A DNA stretch of 64,000 nucleotides from Anaeromyxobacteraceae bacterium (lineage in GTDB: Bacteria; Myxococcota; Myxococcia; Myxococcales; Anaeromyxobacteraceae): contig DATIWK010000122.1 in assembly GCA_035519395.1 (NCBI GenBank), positions 7,275 through 71,274 of the forward strand. The letters run 5' to 3'. Shown here piece by piece: positions 18,363 to 30,128 of this stretch. Position numbers and translations under genes: made by a program. The stretch's first letter is position 1, and the number at the start of each line of letters is the position of its first letter. The notes beneath the pieces are model-generated. The model did not search any database, was not told the origin of the DNA, and saw only the letters and a list, made by a program, of their open reading frames with translations.

Positions 18363-19729
18363 AGACCACGCCAGCCGGCGCGGGTCACCCTCCGGCGGGA
18401 ATGACCCCGTACGAGGTCATCCACCGCAAGCGCGACGGGCACGCCGTCCCGGCCGAGGAGATCGCGGAGCTGGTGCGTGGGTTCACGGCAGGTGAGATCC
18501 CGGACTACCAGATGGCCGCCTTCTGCATGGCGGTCTTCTTCCGGGGCATGGGCGACGGCGAGGTGAACGCCCTCACCGAGGCGATGCTGCGGAGCAACGA
18601 CGTCCTCGACCTGTCCGACATCCCGGGCGCCAAAGTGAACAAGCACTCCACCGGCGGCGTGGGCGACAAGGTCTCCCTGCCGCTGGCGCCGCTCGCCGCC
18701 GCCTGCGGCCTCCGGGTCCCCATGATCTCCGGGCGCGGCCTGGGCCACACCGGCGGCACGCTCGACAAGCTGGAGGCCATCCCCGGGTTCCGCGTCGACC
18801 TCCCGGTGGAGCGGTTCCGCGCGCTGGTGGGCTCGGTGGGCGCCTGCCTCGTCGGCCAGACGGCGCGGCTCGCTCCGGCCGACCGGAAGCTCTACGCCCT
18901 GCGCGACGTGACCGCCACGGTGGAGTCCATCCCCCTCATCGCCGCCTCGATCATGTCGAAGAAGCTGGCGGAGGGGATCGACGCGCTGGTGCTCGACGTC
19001 AAGGTCGGCTCGGGGGCGTTCATGAAGCGGCTCGACGACGCCCGGGCGCTGGCGCGGACCCTCCTCGCCATCGGCCGCGGCATGGGGAAGCGCGTGTCCG
19101 CGCTCCTCACCGCCATGGACCAGCCGCTGGGACGCGCCGTTGGAAACGCGCTGGAGGTGGAGGAGTCGATCGCGCTGCTGCGAGGAGGTGGTCCCGCCGA
19201 CCTGCGGGCCCTCACCGTGGAGCTGACCGCGGAGATGCTGCTCCTCGGCCGCGCCGCCCCGGACCGCGAGGCGGCGCGGGCGAGGGTGGAGGGGGCCATC
19301 GCGGACGGCCGCGGTCTCGCCAAGCTGCGCGAGATCGTCGCCGCGCAGGGGGGCGATCCCCGCGCCGTGGACGACCCGGCGCGGCTGCCGCGCGCGCCGC
19401 GGGTCCAGGCGGTGCCGGCGCCGGCGTCCGGGTGGGTCGAGGCCATCGACACCGAGGCGATCGGGCTCGCCGCCGTGGCGCTCGGCGCGGGGCGGGCGCG
19501 GGTCGAGGACCGGGTGGATCCCGCGGTCGGGCTGGTGGTCGAGAAGAAGCTCGGCGACCGCGTCGAGCGCGGCGAGCCGCTCGTGCAGGTCCACCACCGC
19601 GAGGCCGGCGCGCCCTTCGAGCGCGTGGCGGCGCGGGTCGCCGCGGCATACCGGATCGGCCCGGCGGCGCCGCCGGCCGGGCCGCTCGTCCTCGAGCGCA
19701 TCGAGACGAGCGGAGGGCCAGGCGGATGA
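18359..19729 (+). CDS. pdp: Thymidine/pyrimidine-nucleoside phosphorylase
   Basis: KHSTGGVGDK, SGRGLGHTGGTLDKLE, SIMSKK; alternative start at 18401. Confidence 0.9.
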   Translation: MKTTPAGAGHPPAGMTPYEVIHRKRDGHAVPAEEIAELVRGFTAGEIPDYQMAAFCMAVFFRGMGDGEVNALTEAMLRSNDVLDLSDIPGAKVNKHSTGGVGDKVSLPLAPLAAACGLRVPMISGRGLGHTGGTLDKLEAIPGFRVDLPVERFRALVGSVGACLVGQTARLAPADRKLYALRDVTATVESIPLIAASIMSKKLAEGIDALVLDVKVGSGAFMKRLDDARALARTLLAIGRGMGKRVSALLTAMDQPLGRAVGNALEVEESIALLRGGGPADLRALTVELTAEMLLLGRAAPDREAARARVEGAIADGRGLAKLREIVAAQGGDPRAVDDPARLPRAPRVQAVPAPASGWVEAIDTEAIGLAAVALGAGRARVEDRVDPAVGLVVEKKLGDRVERGEPLVQVHHREAGAPFERVAARVAAAYRIGPAAPPAGPLVLERIETSGGPGG

Positions 19730-19894
19730 GCCTGGCCCCCCTCCAGCCCAGAGGTCGTGGAGAGTCCGAGGGCAAGCTGGAGCGACCGGGGGGCTGGGGG
19801 GCTTCGCCCCCTCGAGCGCATCGAGACGAGCGGAGGGCCAGGCGGATGAGCCTGGCCTGGAGCGACCGGGGGGCTGGGGGGCTTCGCCCCCCAG
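19690..19894. repeat. Local duplication A-X-B-A-B containing the two-hairpin element
   Basis: 48-bp unit at 19690-19737 and 19810-19857; 35-bp unit at 19777-19811 and 19857-19891. Confidence 0.9.
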
Positions 19895-19912
19895 AATGAT
19901 CGGAGGACGAAC

Positions 19913-20764
19913 ATGACCAAGCGCGCCGACCTGTGGACCCGCCTCTCCTACGCGCTGGCCTGGGTCCGCGGGAAGATCGACGCTCCTCCGGCCGCGGGCG
20001 TGGTCCTGGGGTCGGGGCTGGGCGGCTTCGCCGACCGGCTCACCGACCCGGTGGCGATCCCGTACGACGAGATCCCCGGCTTCCCCCTGGCGCGGGTGGC
20101 GGGGCACGCGGGCCGCCTGGTGGTGGGCACGCTCTCCGGCGACGCGGGCTCGGTGGTGGTGGCGGCGATGCAGGGGCGCGCCCACATGTACGAGGGCTGG
20201 TCCGCCGACGACGTCGCCTTCGGGGTGCGGGTCCTCTGCGGCCTGGGCTCGCGGCTCCTCCTCGTCACCAACGCAGCGGGCGCCGTGAACGCGTCCCTCG
20301 CGCCCGGCGACCTGGTGCGCATCGTCGATCACCTGAACCTCTCCGGACAGAACCCGCTCGCCGGCGAGAACGACGAACGGATCGGGCCGAGGTTCCCGGA
20401 CCTGACCGCCGCCTACGATCCGGGCCTCGGCGCGCTGCTGGAGGAGCGGGCGGCCGCGCTGGGGGCACCGCTCTCCCGCGGCGTCTACGCCTGCGTGCTC
20501 GGGCCGAGCTACGAGACGCCCGCGGAGATCCGGATGCTGCAGACCCTGGGCGCCGACCTGGTGGGCATGTCCACGGTTCCGGAGGTGATCGCGGCACGGC
20601 ACATGGGCGTGCCGGTGGTCGGCATCTCCGTGGTCACCAACCTGGCCGCCGGGCTGGGGCGGCAGCCGCCGTCGCACGCCGAGGTGGAGGCGACCGCGGC
20701 GCGCGTGCGCGATCGCCTCGGGACGCTGGTGGCGGCGTTCCTGCCCCGCGCAGCCGCCCGTTGA
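19913..20764 (+). CDS. punA: Purine-nucleoside phosphorylase (trimeric family)
   Basis: [41 protein letters not shown]. Confidence 0.9.
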   Translation: MTKRADLWTRLSYALAWVRGKIDAPPAAGVVLGSGLGGFADRLTDPVAIPYDEIPGFPLARVAGHAGRLVVGTLSGDAGSVVVAAMQGRAHMYEGWSADDVAFGVRVLCGLGSRLLLVTNAAGAVNASLAPGDLVRIVDHLNLSGQNPLAGENDERIGPRFPDLTAAYDPGLGALLEERAAALGAPLSRGVYACVLGPSYETPAEIRMLQTLGADLVGMSTVPEVIAARHMGVPVVGISVVTNLAAGLGRQPPSHAEVEATAARVRDRLGTLVAAFLPRAAAR

Positions 20765-20789
20765 ACCGCGGCGGGCGCGCTGCTAGCCT
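20761..20789 (+). promoter_or_regulatory. Putative sigma70 promoter of the PilZ gene
   Basis: TTGAAC-N17-TAGCCT with extended TG, 8 nt before the ATG. Confidence 0.5.
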
Positions 20790-20797
20790 CCATCCGG

Positions 20798-21160
20798 ATG
20801 GGCGACCGGGACGACACCGCGGGCGGCGCGCCGGAGGCGGGGCGCGACTCCGGCGCCGATCGGCGCGACAGCCACCGCGTGCCCATCGCGCTCCAGGTCC
20901 GGGACCTCGGCACCGGCGGCTCGTTCGAGTCCCGCGACGGCAACCTGGCGCTGGGCGGGGTGTACTACGAGGCCCTCCACCCGCCCGTCGGCGGCCGCGT
21001 CGAGCTGCGGTTCCTCCTGCCCGGCGCCGGCGAGGAGATCCGCGCGCTGGGCGAGGTGCTGCGCGTCTCCAGCGAAGGCGGCCGGTTCGGCGCGCACGTG
21101 AAGTTCGCGGAGATCCCGCTCGAGGCGGAGCTGGCCATCGCGCGCTTCCTCCAGTCGTGA
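20798..21160 (+). CDS. Stand-alone PilZ-domain protein
   Basis: RRDSHR (RxxxR), NLALGG, GEVLRV, HVKF. Confidence 0.8.
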   Translation: MGDRDDTAGGAPEAGRDSGADRRDSHRVPIALQVRDLGTGGSFESRDGNLALGGVYYEALHPPVGGRVELRFLLPGAGEEIRALGEVLRVSSEGGRFGAHVKFAEIPLEAELAIARFLQS

Positions 21161-21558
21161 GCCGCCCCGCCCCGCACCGCGCGCTGGTCCGCGCCGCGCG
21201 GGCGGCCCGGCGGCGCGCCTACGCCCCGTACTCGCGCTTCCGCGTGGGCGCCGCCGTCCAGGCCGGCCGGCGCCTCCACGCCGGCGCGAACGTCGAGAAC
21301 GCGAGCTACGGCCTCACGCTCTGCGCCGAGCGCGCGGCGGTGGCCGCCGCGGTGGCGGCCGGGGCGCGGCGCCTGGACGCCGTGGCGGTCGCGAGCGGGA
21401 CCGGCGAGCCGACCCCGCCCTGCGGGATGTGCCTGCAGACGCTCGCCGAGTTCGGCGGGCCGGAGCTGCCGGTGGTGCTGGTGGGCGCGCGGGGAGCGCG
21501 GGTGGAGACGACGCTGGGGGCGCTGTTGCCGAAGGCGTTCGGGAAGCGGTTCCTCTGA
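21157..21558 (+). CDS. cdd: Cytidine deaminase
   Basis: [33 protein letters not shown]. Confidence 0.93.
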   Translation: MSRPAPHRALVRAARAARRRAYAPYSRFRVGAAVQAGRRLHAGANVENASYGLTLCAERAAVAAAVAAGARRLDAVAVASGTGEPTPPCGMCLQTLAEFGGPELPVVLVGARGARVETTLGALLPKAFGKRFL

Positions 21559-21578
21559 GAACCCCGCGGCCGCTGCCG

Positions 21579-21633
21579 CGACCCCGACCCCGACCTCGCT
21601 CCCGACCTCGGCCCGACCCAGACCTCGATCTCG
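21579..21633. repeat. Hexameric (CGACCn)n microsatellite
   Basis: CGACCC CGACCC CGACCT ... CGACCT ... CGACCC AGACCT CGATCT. Confidence 0.7.
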
Positions 21634-21682
21634 GTCGAACCCGTTTGACTGCCGCGCCCGCCGGGCTTACCCATTCCCCGGC

Positions 21683-22654
21683 ATGCAGGTCTTCCGCTCG
21701 CTCCTCGACGCCCATGCCGCCGGGACGCTCCGCGGCGGCGCGGTCGCCATCGGGAACTTCGACGGCGTCCACCTCGGCCATCGCCGGCTGCTCGGGCTGG
21801 CGCGGGAGCGGGCGGCCGCGCGGGGCACGGCGTCCGCGGCGCTCACCTTCGAGCCGCACCCGGTGCGCGTGCTGCGGCCGAAGCTGGCGCCGCCGCTGGT
21901 GACGCCGCTCGCCCGCAAGCTGGAGCTGTTCGCGGCGCAGGGCCTCGACGCGGCGGTGGTCCAGCCCTTCGACCTGGCGTACGCGGCCACCTCGGCCGGG
22001 GAGTTCGTGAGCCGGGACCTGGCCGGCCGCCTGGAGGCGGCGGAGGTGGTGGTGGGCTGGGACTTCACCGCAGGTCACGAGCGCGCGCGCGTCGACGCGC
22101 TGCGGACCCTGCTGGGCGCGAGCGGGATCGCCCTGCAGGTGGTGGACCCGGTCACCTCCGAGGGGCTGGTGGTCTCCTCCACCAAGATCCGCGAGTTCCT
22201 GCTGGAGGGGAACGTGGAGGCCGCCGCCGATCTCCTCTCGCGCCCGTACGACCTCGACGGCGTGGTGACGCCCGGCGCCGGGCGCGGGCGCGGCTTCGGG
22301 TTCGCGACCGCCAACGTGCGGACCGAGGCGCTCCTCCCCGCGAACGGCGTCTACGCCGTCCGCGCCCGGGTGGGCGGCCGGCCCGGGCCGCTCGGGCCGG
22401 AGGGCGCCGTCCCGCACGACGGGGTGTGCAACGTCGGCGTGAAACCCACCGTCGAGACCGGCGGGCGGGTGGTCGCCGAGGCGCACCTCTTCGGCTTCGA
22501 CGGGCGCGACCTCTACGGCGAGCGCATCCGGATCGCGTTCGTCGCGCGCCTGCGGGACGAGCGGCGCTTCCCGTCGGTGGACGCCCTGCGCGCCCAGATC
22601 GCGGACGACGTCGAGCGCGCCAGGGACCTGCTCCGACAGGCGCCCCCGCTGTAG
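21683..22654 (+). CDS. ribF: Bifunctional riboflavin kinase/FAD synthetase
   Basis: GNFDGVHLGH, SSTKIRE, GFATAN, NVGVKPT, LRDERRF. Confidence 0.93.
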   Translation: MQVFRSLLDAHAAGTLRGGAVAIGNFDGVHLGHRRLLGLARERAAARGTASAALTFEPHPVRVLRPKLAPPLVTPLARKLELFAAQGLDAAVVQPFDLAYAATSAGEFVSRDLAGRLEAAEVVVGWDFTAGHERARVDALRTLLGASGIALQVVDPVTSEGLVVSSTKIREFLLEGNVEAAADLLSRPYDLDGVVTPGAGRGRGFGFATANVRTEALLPANGVYAVRARVGGRPGPLGPEGAVPHDGVCNVGVKPTVETGGRVVAEAHLFGFDGRDLYGERIRIAFVARLRDERRFPSVDALRAQIADDVERARDLLRQAPPL

Positions 22655-22708
22655 GCGTTCCGCGCCATTTCCCCCAGGAATTTCGCGCGGTTCGCACCTG
22701 GCCGTTCC

Positions 22709-22738
22709 TTGACCCCTCGGTCAGCCGCCTGCTAAGGT
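22709..22738 (+). promoter_or_regulatory. Putative sigma70 promoter of pilB
   Basis: TTGACC-N18-TAAGGT with extended TG. Confidence 0.5.
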
Positions 22739-22787
22739 CGGCTGCGCCCTTGGTGCGCGGCTCCTGCCTCGGGGAGGATCGGCTCAC

Positions 22788-24494
<1,707 letters not shown>

Positions 24495-24575
24495 CGGATG
24501 GATCCTGCCACCGCCTCACCCCCCCACGCCCCCGTCTCCACGTCGTGGAGAGGGGGGAGATCGAAGGGCTGACAC

Positions 24576-25673
24576 TTGGCGAACCTGCATCAGCTCCTCA
24601 AGGCGATGGTCGAGAAGGGGGCCTCGGACCTGCACATCACCACCGGCTCGCCGCCCCAGCTCCGCATCGACGGCAAGCTGGTGCCGCTCAAGACGCCGCC
24701 GCTCACGCCGGTGGACACGAAGCAGCTCTGCTACTCCATCCTCACCGACGCGCAGAAGCACAAGTTCGAGGAGGAGAACGAGCTCGACCTGTCCTTCGGC
24801 GTGAAGGGGCTGTCGCGCTTCCGCTCCAACATCTTCATGCAGCGCGGCGCGGTGGCGGGCGCCTTCCGCACCATCCCCTTCAAGATCCTGACCTTCAACG
24901 AGCTGGGGCTGCCGGCCATCGTCGCCGACCTCGCCAGGAAGCCGCGCGGCCTCATCCTGGTGACCGGCCCGACCGGCTCCGGCAAGTCCACGACGCTCGC
25001 CTCGATCATCGACAAGATCAACACCGACCGGCACGAGCACATCATCACCATCGAGGATCCGATCGAGTACCTGCACCCGCACAAGAACTGCCTGGTGAAC
25101 CAGCGCGAGGTGGGCGCCGACACCCAGTCCTTCAAGAAGGCGCTCAAGTACATCCTGCGGCAGGACCCGGACGTCGTGCTCATCGGCGAGATGCGCGACC
25201 TCGAGACCATCGAGGCGGCGCTGGTCATCTCCGAGACCGGCCACCTGGCCTTCGCCACCCTGCACACCAACAGCGCGGTCCAGACCATCAATCGCATCCT
25301 CGACGTCTTCCCCCCGTACCAGCAGCCGCAGGTGCGCGCGCAGCTCTCCTTCGTGCTGGAGGGCGTGCTCACCCAGAACCTCCTGCCCAAGGCCGGCGGG
25401 CCGGGGCGGGTGATGGTGGTCGAGGTGATGGTCCCCAACCCCGCCATCCGGAACCTCATCCGCGAGGACAAGGTCCACCAGGTGTACTCGCAGATGCAGG
25501 TGGGACAGTCCAAGTTCGGCATGCAGACCTTCAACCAGAGCCTCGCCGCGGCCTTCGCCAAGCGCCTCATCACCATCGAGGAGGCGATGGGGCGCTCCTC
25601 CGACCCCGAGGAGCTGCGGACCATCCTCTCCAGCGGCGCGCCGCAGCGTCCCAATCCCGCCGCGGCGCGCTGA
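24576..25673 (+). CDS. pilT: Type IVa pilus retraction ATPase PilT
   Basis: GPTGSGKST, AIRNLIRE; TTG start. Confidence 0.96.
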   Translation: MANLHQLLKAMVEKGASDLHITTGSPPQLRIDGKLVPLKTPPLTPVDTKQLCYSILTDAQKHKFEEENELDLSFGVKGLSRFRSNIFMQRGAVAGAFRTIPFKILTFNELGLPAIVADLARKPRGLILVTGPTGSGKSTTLASIIDKINTDRHEHIITIEDPIEYLHPHKNCLVNQREVGADTQSFKKALKYILRQDPDVVLIGEMRDLETIEAALVISETGHLAFATLHTNSAVQTINRILDVFPPYQQPQVRAQLSFVLEGVLTQNLLPKAGGPGRVMVVEVMVPNPAIRNLIREDKVHQVYSQMQVGQSKFGMQTFNQSLAAAFAKRLITIEEAMGRSSDPEELRTILSSGAPQRPNPAAAR

Positions 25674-25735
25674 GGGATTCGATCTCCTCAGGGTGCCCGG
25701 GGTAAGATCGCGCAGGTTTTCCGACCGAGGACGTC

Positions 25736-26995
25736 ATGGCCCAGGCCGCCGTCGCCACCGCCAAGCAGAAGGCCGCGCCCGCCGCGGCGCAGAAGCTCCC
25801 CGTCTACCGGTGGAGCGGCAAGACCAAGCAGGGCGACGTGCGCTCGGGCGAGATGGAGGCGTCGGACGACGGCGCGGTGCGGACCCGCCTCGCCCAGATG
25901 GGCATCGAGCCGACCAAGGTCCGGAAGAAGGCGGCCGAGATCAACTTCTCCCTCGGCGGCGGGATCACCACCAAGGACATCCTGGTCTTCACCCGCCAGT
26001 TCTCGGTGATGATCGACGCCGGCCTGCCCCTGGTGCAGGCGCTCGACATCATCGGCACGCAGGCGGAGAACGCGGCCTTCCGGAAGGTGCTCCTCGCCGT
26101 GAAGACCAAGGTGGAGGCCGGCTCCACCTTCGCGGATGCCCTGGGCGAGCATCCCAAGGCGTTCGACGAGCTCTTCGTCCAGCTGGTCCGCGCCGGCGAG
26201 ATCGGCGGCATCCTCGACACCATCCTCCAGCGCCTCGGCGCCTACATCGAGAAGAACGAGAAGCTGAAGCGCCGCGTGAAGGGGGCGATGGTGTACCCGG
26301 CCATCGTGCTCAGCGTCGCCGTCGCGGTGGTGGTGGTCCTCATCGCCTTCGTCGTGCCGACCTTCGAGAAGATGTTCAAGGACTTCGGCGGAGCGCTCCC
26401 GGGCCCGACCCAGTTCCTGGTGGACCTCTCCAAGGGCTTCCGCAGCACCTGGTACCTGTACCTCGGCATCCCCACCGCGATCTACGTCTCCTTCCGCTTC
26501 GCCACCCGCAAGGGCAAGGGCCAGGAGATCTGGCATGACACCCTGCTGAAGATGCCCATGTTCGGCGCGCTGGTCCGGAAGGTGGCGGTGGCGCGCTTCA
26601 CGCGGACGCTCGGCACCATGATCTCGTCGGGCGTGCCCATCCTCGACGCCCTGGAGATCGTGGCCAAGTCGGCGGGGAACCGGACCATCGAGCGGGCCAT
26701 CCTCTACGTGCGCGCCAAGATCTCCGAGGGCAAGAACATCGCCACCCCGCTCGCGGAGACCAAGGTCTTCCCCGCCATGGTGGTGCAGATGATCGGCGTG
26801 GGGGAGGCGACGGGCGCCATGGACGCGATGCTCTCCAAGATCGCCGACTTCTACGACGACGAGGTGGACGTGGCGGTGGCCGCGCTCACCAGCATGATCG
26901 AGCCGCTCATGATGGTGTTCCTGGGCGGCACGGTGGGCTTCTTCATGATCGCCATGTACCTGCCCATCTTCAACCTGGCGGGCGCCATCAAGTAG
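25736..26995 (+). CDS. pilC: Inner-membrane platform protein PilC
   Basis: T2SS-F repeats (FTRQFSVMIDAGLPL, GEIGG, GEATG, MYLPIF). Confidence 0.95.
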   Translation: MAQAAVATAKQKAAPAAAQKLPVYRWSGKTKQGDVRSGEMEASDDGAVRTRLAQMGIEPTKVRKKAAEINFSLGGGITTKDILVFTRQFSVMIDAGLPLVQALDIIGTQAENAAFRKVLLAVKTKVEAGSTFADALGEHPKAFDELFVQLVRAGEIGGILDTILQRLGAYIEKNEKLKRRVKGAMVYPAIVLSVAVAVVVVLIAFVVPTFEKMFKDFGGALPGPTQFLVDLSKGFRSTWYLYLGIPTAIYVSFRFATRKGKGQEIWHDTLLKMPMFGALVRKVAVARFTRTLGTMISSGVPILDALEIVAKSAGNRTIERAILYVRAKISEGKNIATPLAETKVFPAMVVQMIGVGEATGAMDAMLSKIADFYDDEVDVAVAALTSMIEPLMMVFLGGTVGFFMIAMYLPIFNLAGAIK

Positions 26996-27000
26996 CGCGC

Positions 27001-28653
27001 GTGCCCGCGGCGTCCGATCCGGCTCGCGCGCTCGAGGCGCCGGCCCCCGCGCCGGGCAGGGCGCGGGCCCTGGACGCGTCGCTGCACCGCCGCCTGGTCT
27101 GGCTCGCCTTCTTCCGGGTGGTGACCGTCACCGTCCTGCTGGGCGGGACGGCCCTGGTCGGCTGGCGCGCCGGCGGCGAGATCGAGCGCGGAACGCGCCC
27201 GCTCTACGCCACGGTGGTGGCGACCTACGTCGCCTCGCTGGCGTTCGCGCTCGCGCTGCGCGTCCGGCGCTGGCTCGGGGCGGTCGCCTACGCCCAGATC
27301 GTCCTGGACGTGGGCGTGGCGGCGGTGGTGGTGGCGCTCACCGGCGCCACCGAGAGCGTGTTCGTGTTCATGTACGCGCTCGCCATCGTGAACGGCACCA
27401 TCCTGCTCTTCCGGCGGGGGGCGGTGGTCTCGACCGCCCTCGCCGTCGGGGCGCACTGGGCGGTGGCGCTGTCGGCGGCCGGGCCGCGCCTGCCGCCCCT
27501 CCCCGCGGTGTTCGCCCAGGGGGCGGCGCTCTCGGCGATCGCCGCGCTGACCGCGTGGCTCGCGGAGCAGCTGCGCACCGCCGACCGGCGGCTGGCCGCG
27601 AGCGAGGACGAGCTCGCCGCCATCACCGCGCTGCACGAGTCGATCGTGCAGTCCGTCACCAGCGGCCTGGTCACCCTGGACGACGGCGGCCGCGTCACGC
27701 TCCTGAACCGGGCCGGCGAGCTGATCCTGGGCGTCAGCGCGGCGGAGGTCCGCGGCCAGCCCGCGGACCGCTGGTTCGCGCAGCTCCGGGCGCCGCTGTC
27801 GCGCGCCGAGACCGACGTCGTCAACGCCCGCGGCGAGCGGCTCCGGCTGGGGTTCACCACCTTCCCGCTGCTGGGGCGCGAGGGAACGGCGGTGGGGACC
27901 GCGGTCATCTTCCAGGACCTGACCCGACTGCGGGCGATGGAGGAGGCGGTGGCGCGCAGCGAGCGGCTCGCCGACCTGGGGCGGATCGCGGCCGGCCTGG
28001 CGCACGAGCTGCGCAACCCCCTCGGCGCCATGACTGGGGCGATCGAGCTGCTCCGCTCCGGCGTGGAGCTCGGCCCTGAGGAGCAGCGCCTCATGGACAT
28101 CGTGCTGCGCGAGGGATCGCGGCTGGAGCGGCTCATCCAGGAGTTCCTCGCCTTCGCCCGTCCGTCGTCGGTGCGCCGCCGTCAAGTGGACCTGGCCGCG
28201 GTCTGCGCCGAGGCGCTGGACGTCTTCGCCCACGACCCCGCCGCCGCGCGGGTCCGGGTGGTGCGCGCGCTCACGCCCGCGCCGGTCGAGTGCGATCCCG
28301 ACCAGCTCCGCCAGGTGCTCTGGAACCTCCTGCAGAACGCGGCGCAGGCGATCGCCGGACAGGGCGGGGAGGGCCAGGTGGAGGTGGCCTGCGCGGCGGA
28401 CGGCCGCGGCGGCGCGGTCCTTTCGGTGGCCGACGACGGCCCGGGCGTCGCGGCGGCCGACGCGGATCGCATCTTCCTGCCGTTCTTCACCACCAAGGCG
28501 CAGGGGACCGGGCTGGGGCTCGCGACCGTGCACCGCATCGTGGACGCGCACGGCGGGCAGGTGACGGTCGAGCCGCGCCATCCCACCGGCGCGCGCTTCG
28601 TCGTCCGTCTGCCCGCTCCCCCCGCCGCGGCGCCGCTGCGCGCCCTGGGGTAG
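27001..28653 (+). CDS. pilS: Sensor histidine kinase PilS
   Basis: Multiple TM helices, PAS, AHELRNPL, HATPase; follows pilC. Confidence 0.88.
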   Translation: MPAASDPARALEAPAPAPGRARALDASLHRRLVWLAFFRVVTVTVLLGGTALVGWRAGGEIERGTRPLYATVVATYVASLAFALALRVRRWLGAVAYAQIVLDVGVAAVVVALTGATESVFVFMYALAIVNGTILLFRRGAVVSTALAVGAHWAVALSAAGPRLPPLPAVFAQGAALSAIAALTAWLAEQLRTADRRLAASEDELAAITALHESIVQSVTSGLVTLDDGGRVTLLNRAGELILGVSAAEVRGQPADRWFAQLRAPLSRAETDVVNARGERLRLGFTTFPLLGREGTAVGTAVIFQDLTRLRAMEEAVARSERLADLGRIAAGLAHELRNPLGAMTGAIELLRSGVELGPEEQRLMDIVLREGSRLERLIQEFLAFARPSSVRRRQVDLAAVCAEALDVFAHDPAAARVRVVRALTPAPVECDPDQLRQVLWNLLQNAAQAIAGQGGEGQVEVACAADGRGGAVLSVADDGPGVAAADADRIFLPFFTTKAQGTGLGLATVHRIVDAHGGQVTVEPRHPTGARFVVRLPAPPAAAPLRALG

Positions 28654-28661
28654 GACTCCGC

Positions 28662-30041
<1,380 letters not shown>

Positions 30042-30048
30042 AGCGCCC

Positions 30049-30120
30049 GGAGGCGCCCCGGGAGGCGCCTCCGCGGCCGTGGCCCCGCTTCCGGGGCGCG
30101 GGACCTCTTCCGCGCCCCGG
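30049..30120. terminator. Two GC-rich hairpins at the convergent pilR/pilY1 junction
   Basis: GGAGGCGCC-N6-GGCGCCTCC and CCGGGGCGCGG-N8-CCGCGCCCCGG; no U-tract. Confidence 0.5.
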
Positions 30121-30128
30121 CCGCCCGG

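Noticed and set aside
19690-19894. Possible mini-CRISPR array
   Set aside because: Only two copies of each unit, the repeat includes coding sequence, spacing is irregular, and there are no cas genes
24535-24551. Hairpin between pilB and pilT as a terminator
   Set aside because: Short stem with no U-tract; function cannot be supported
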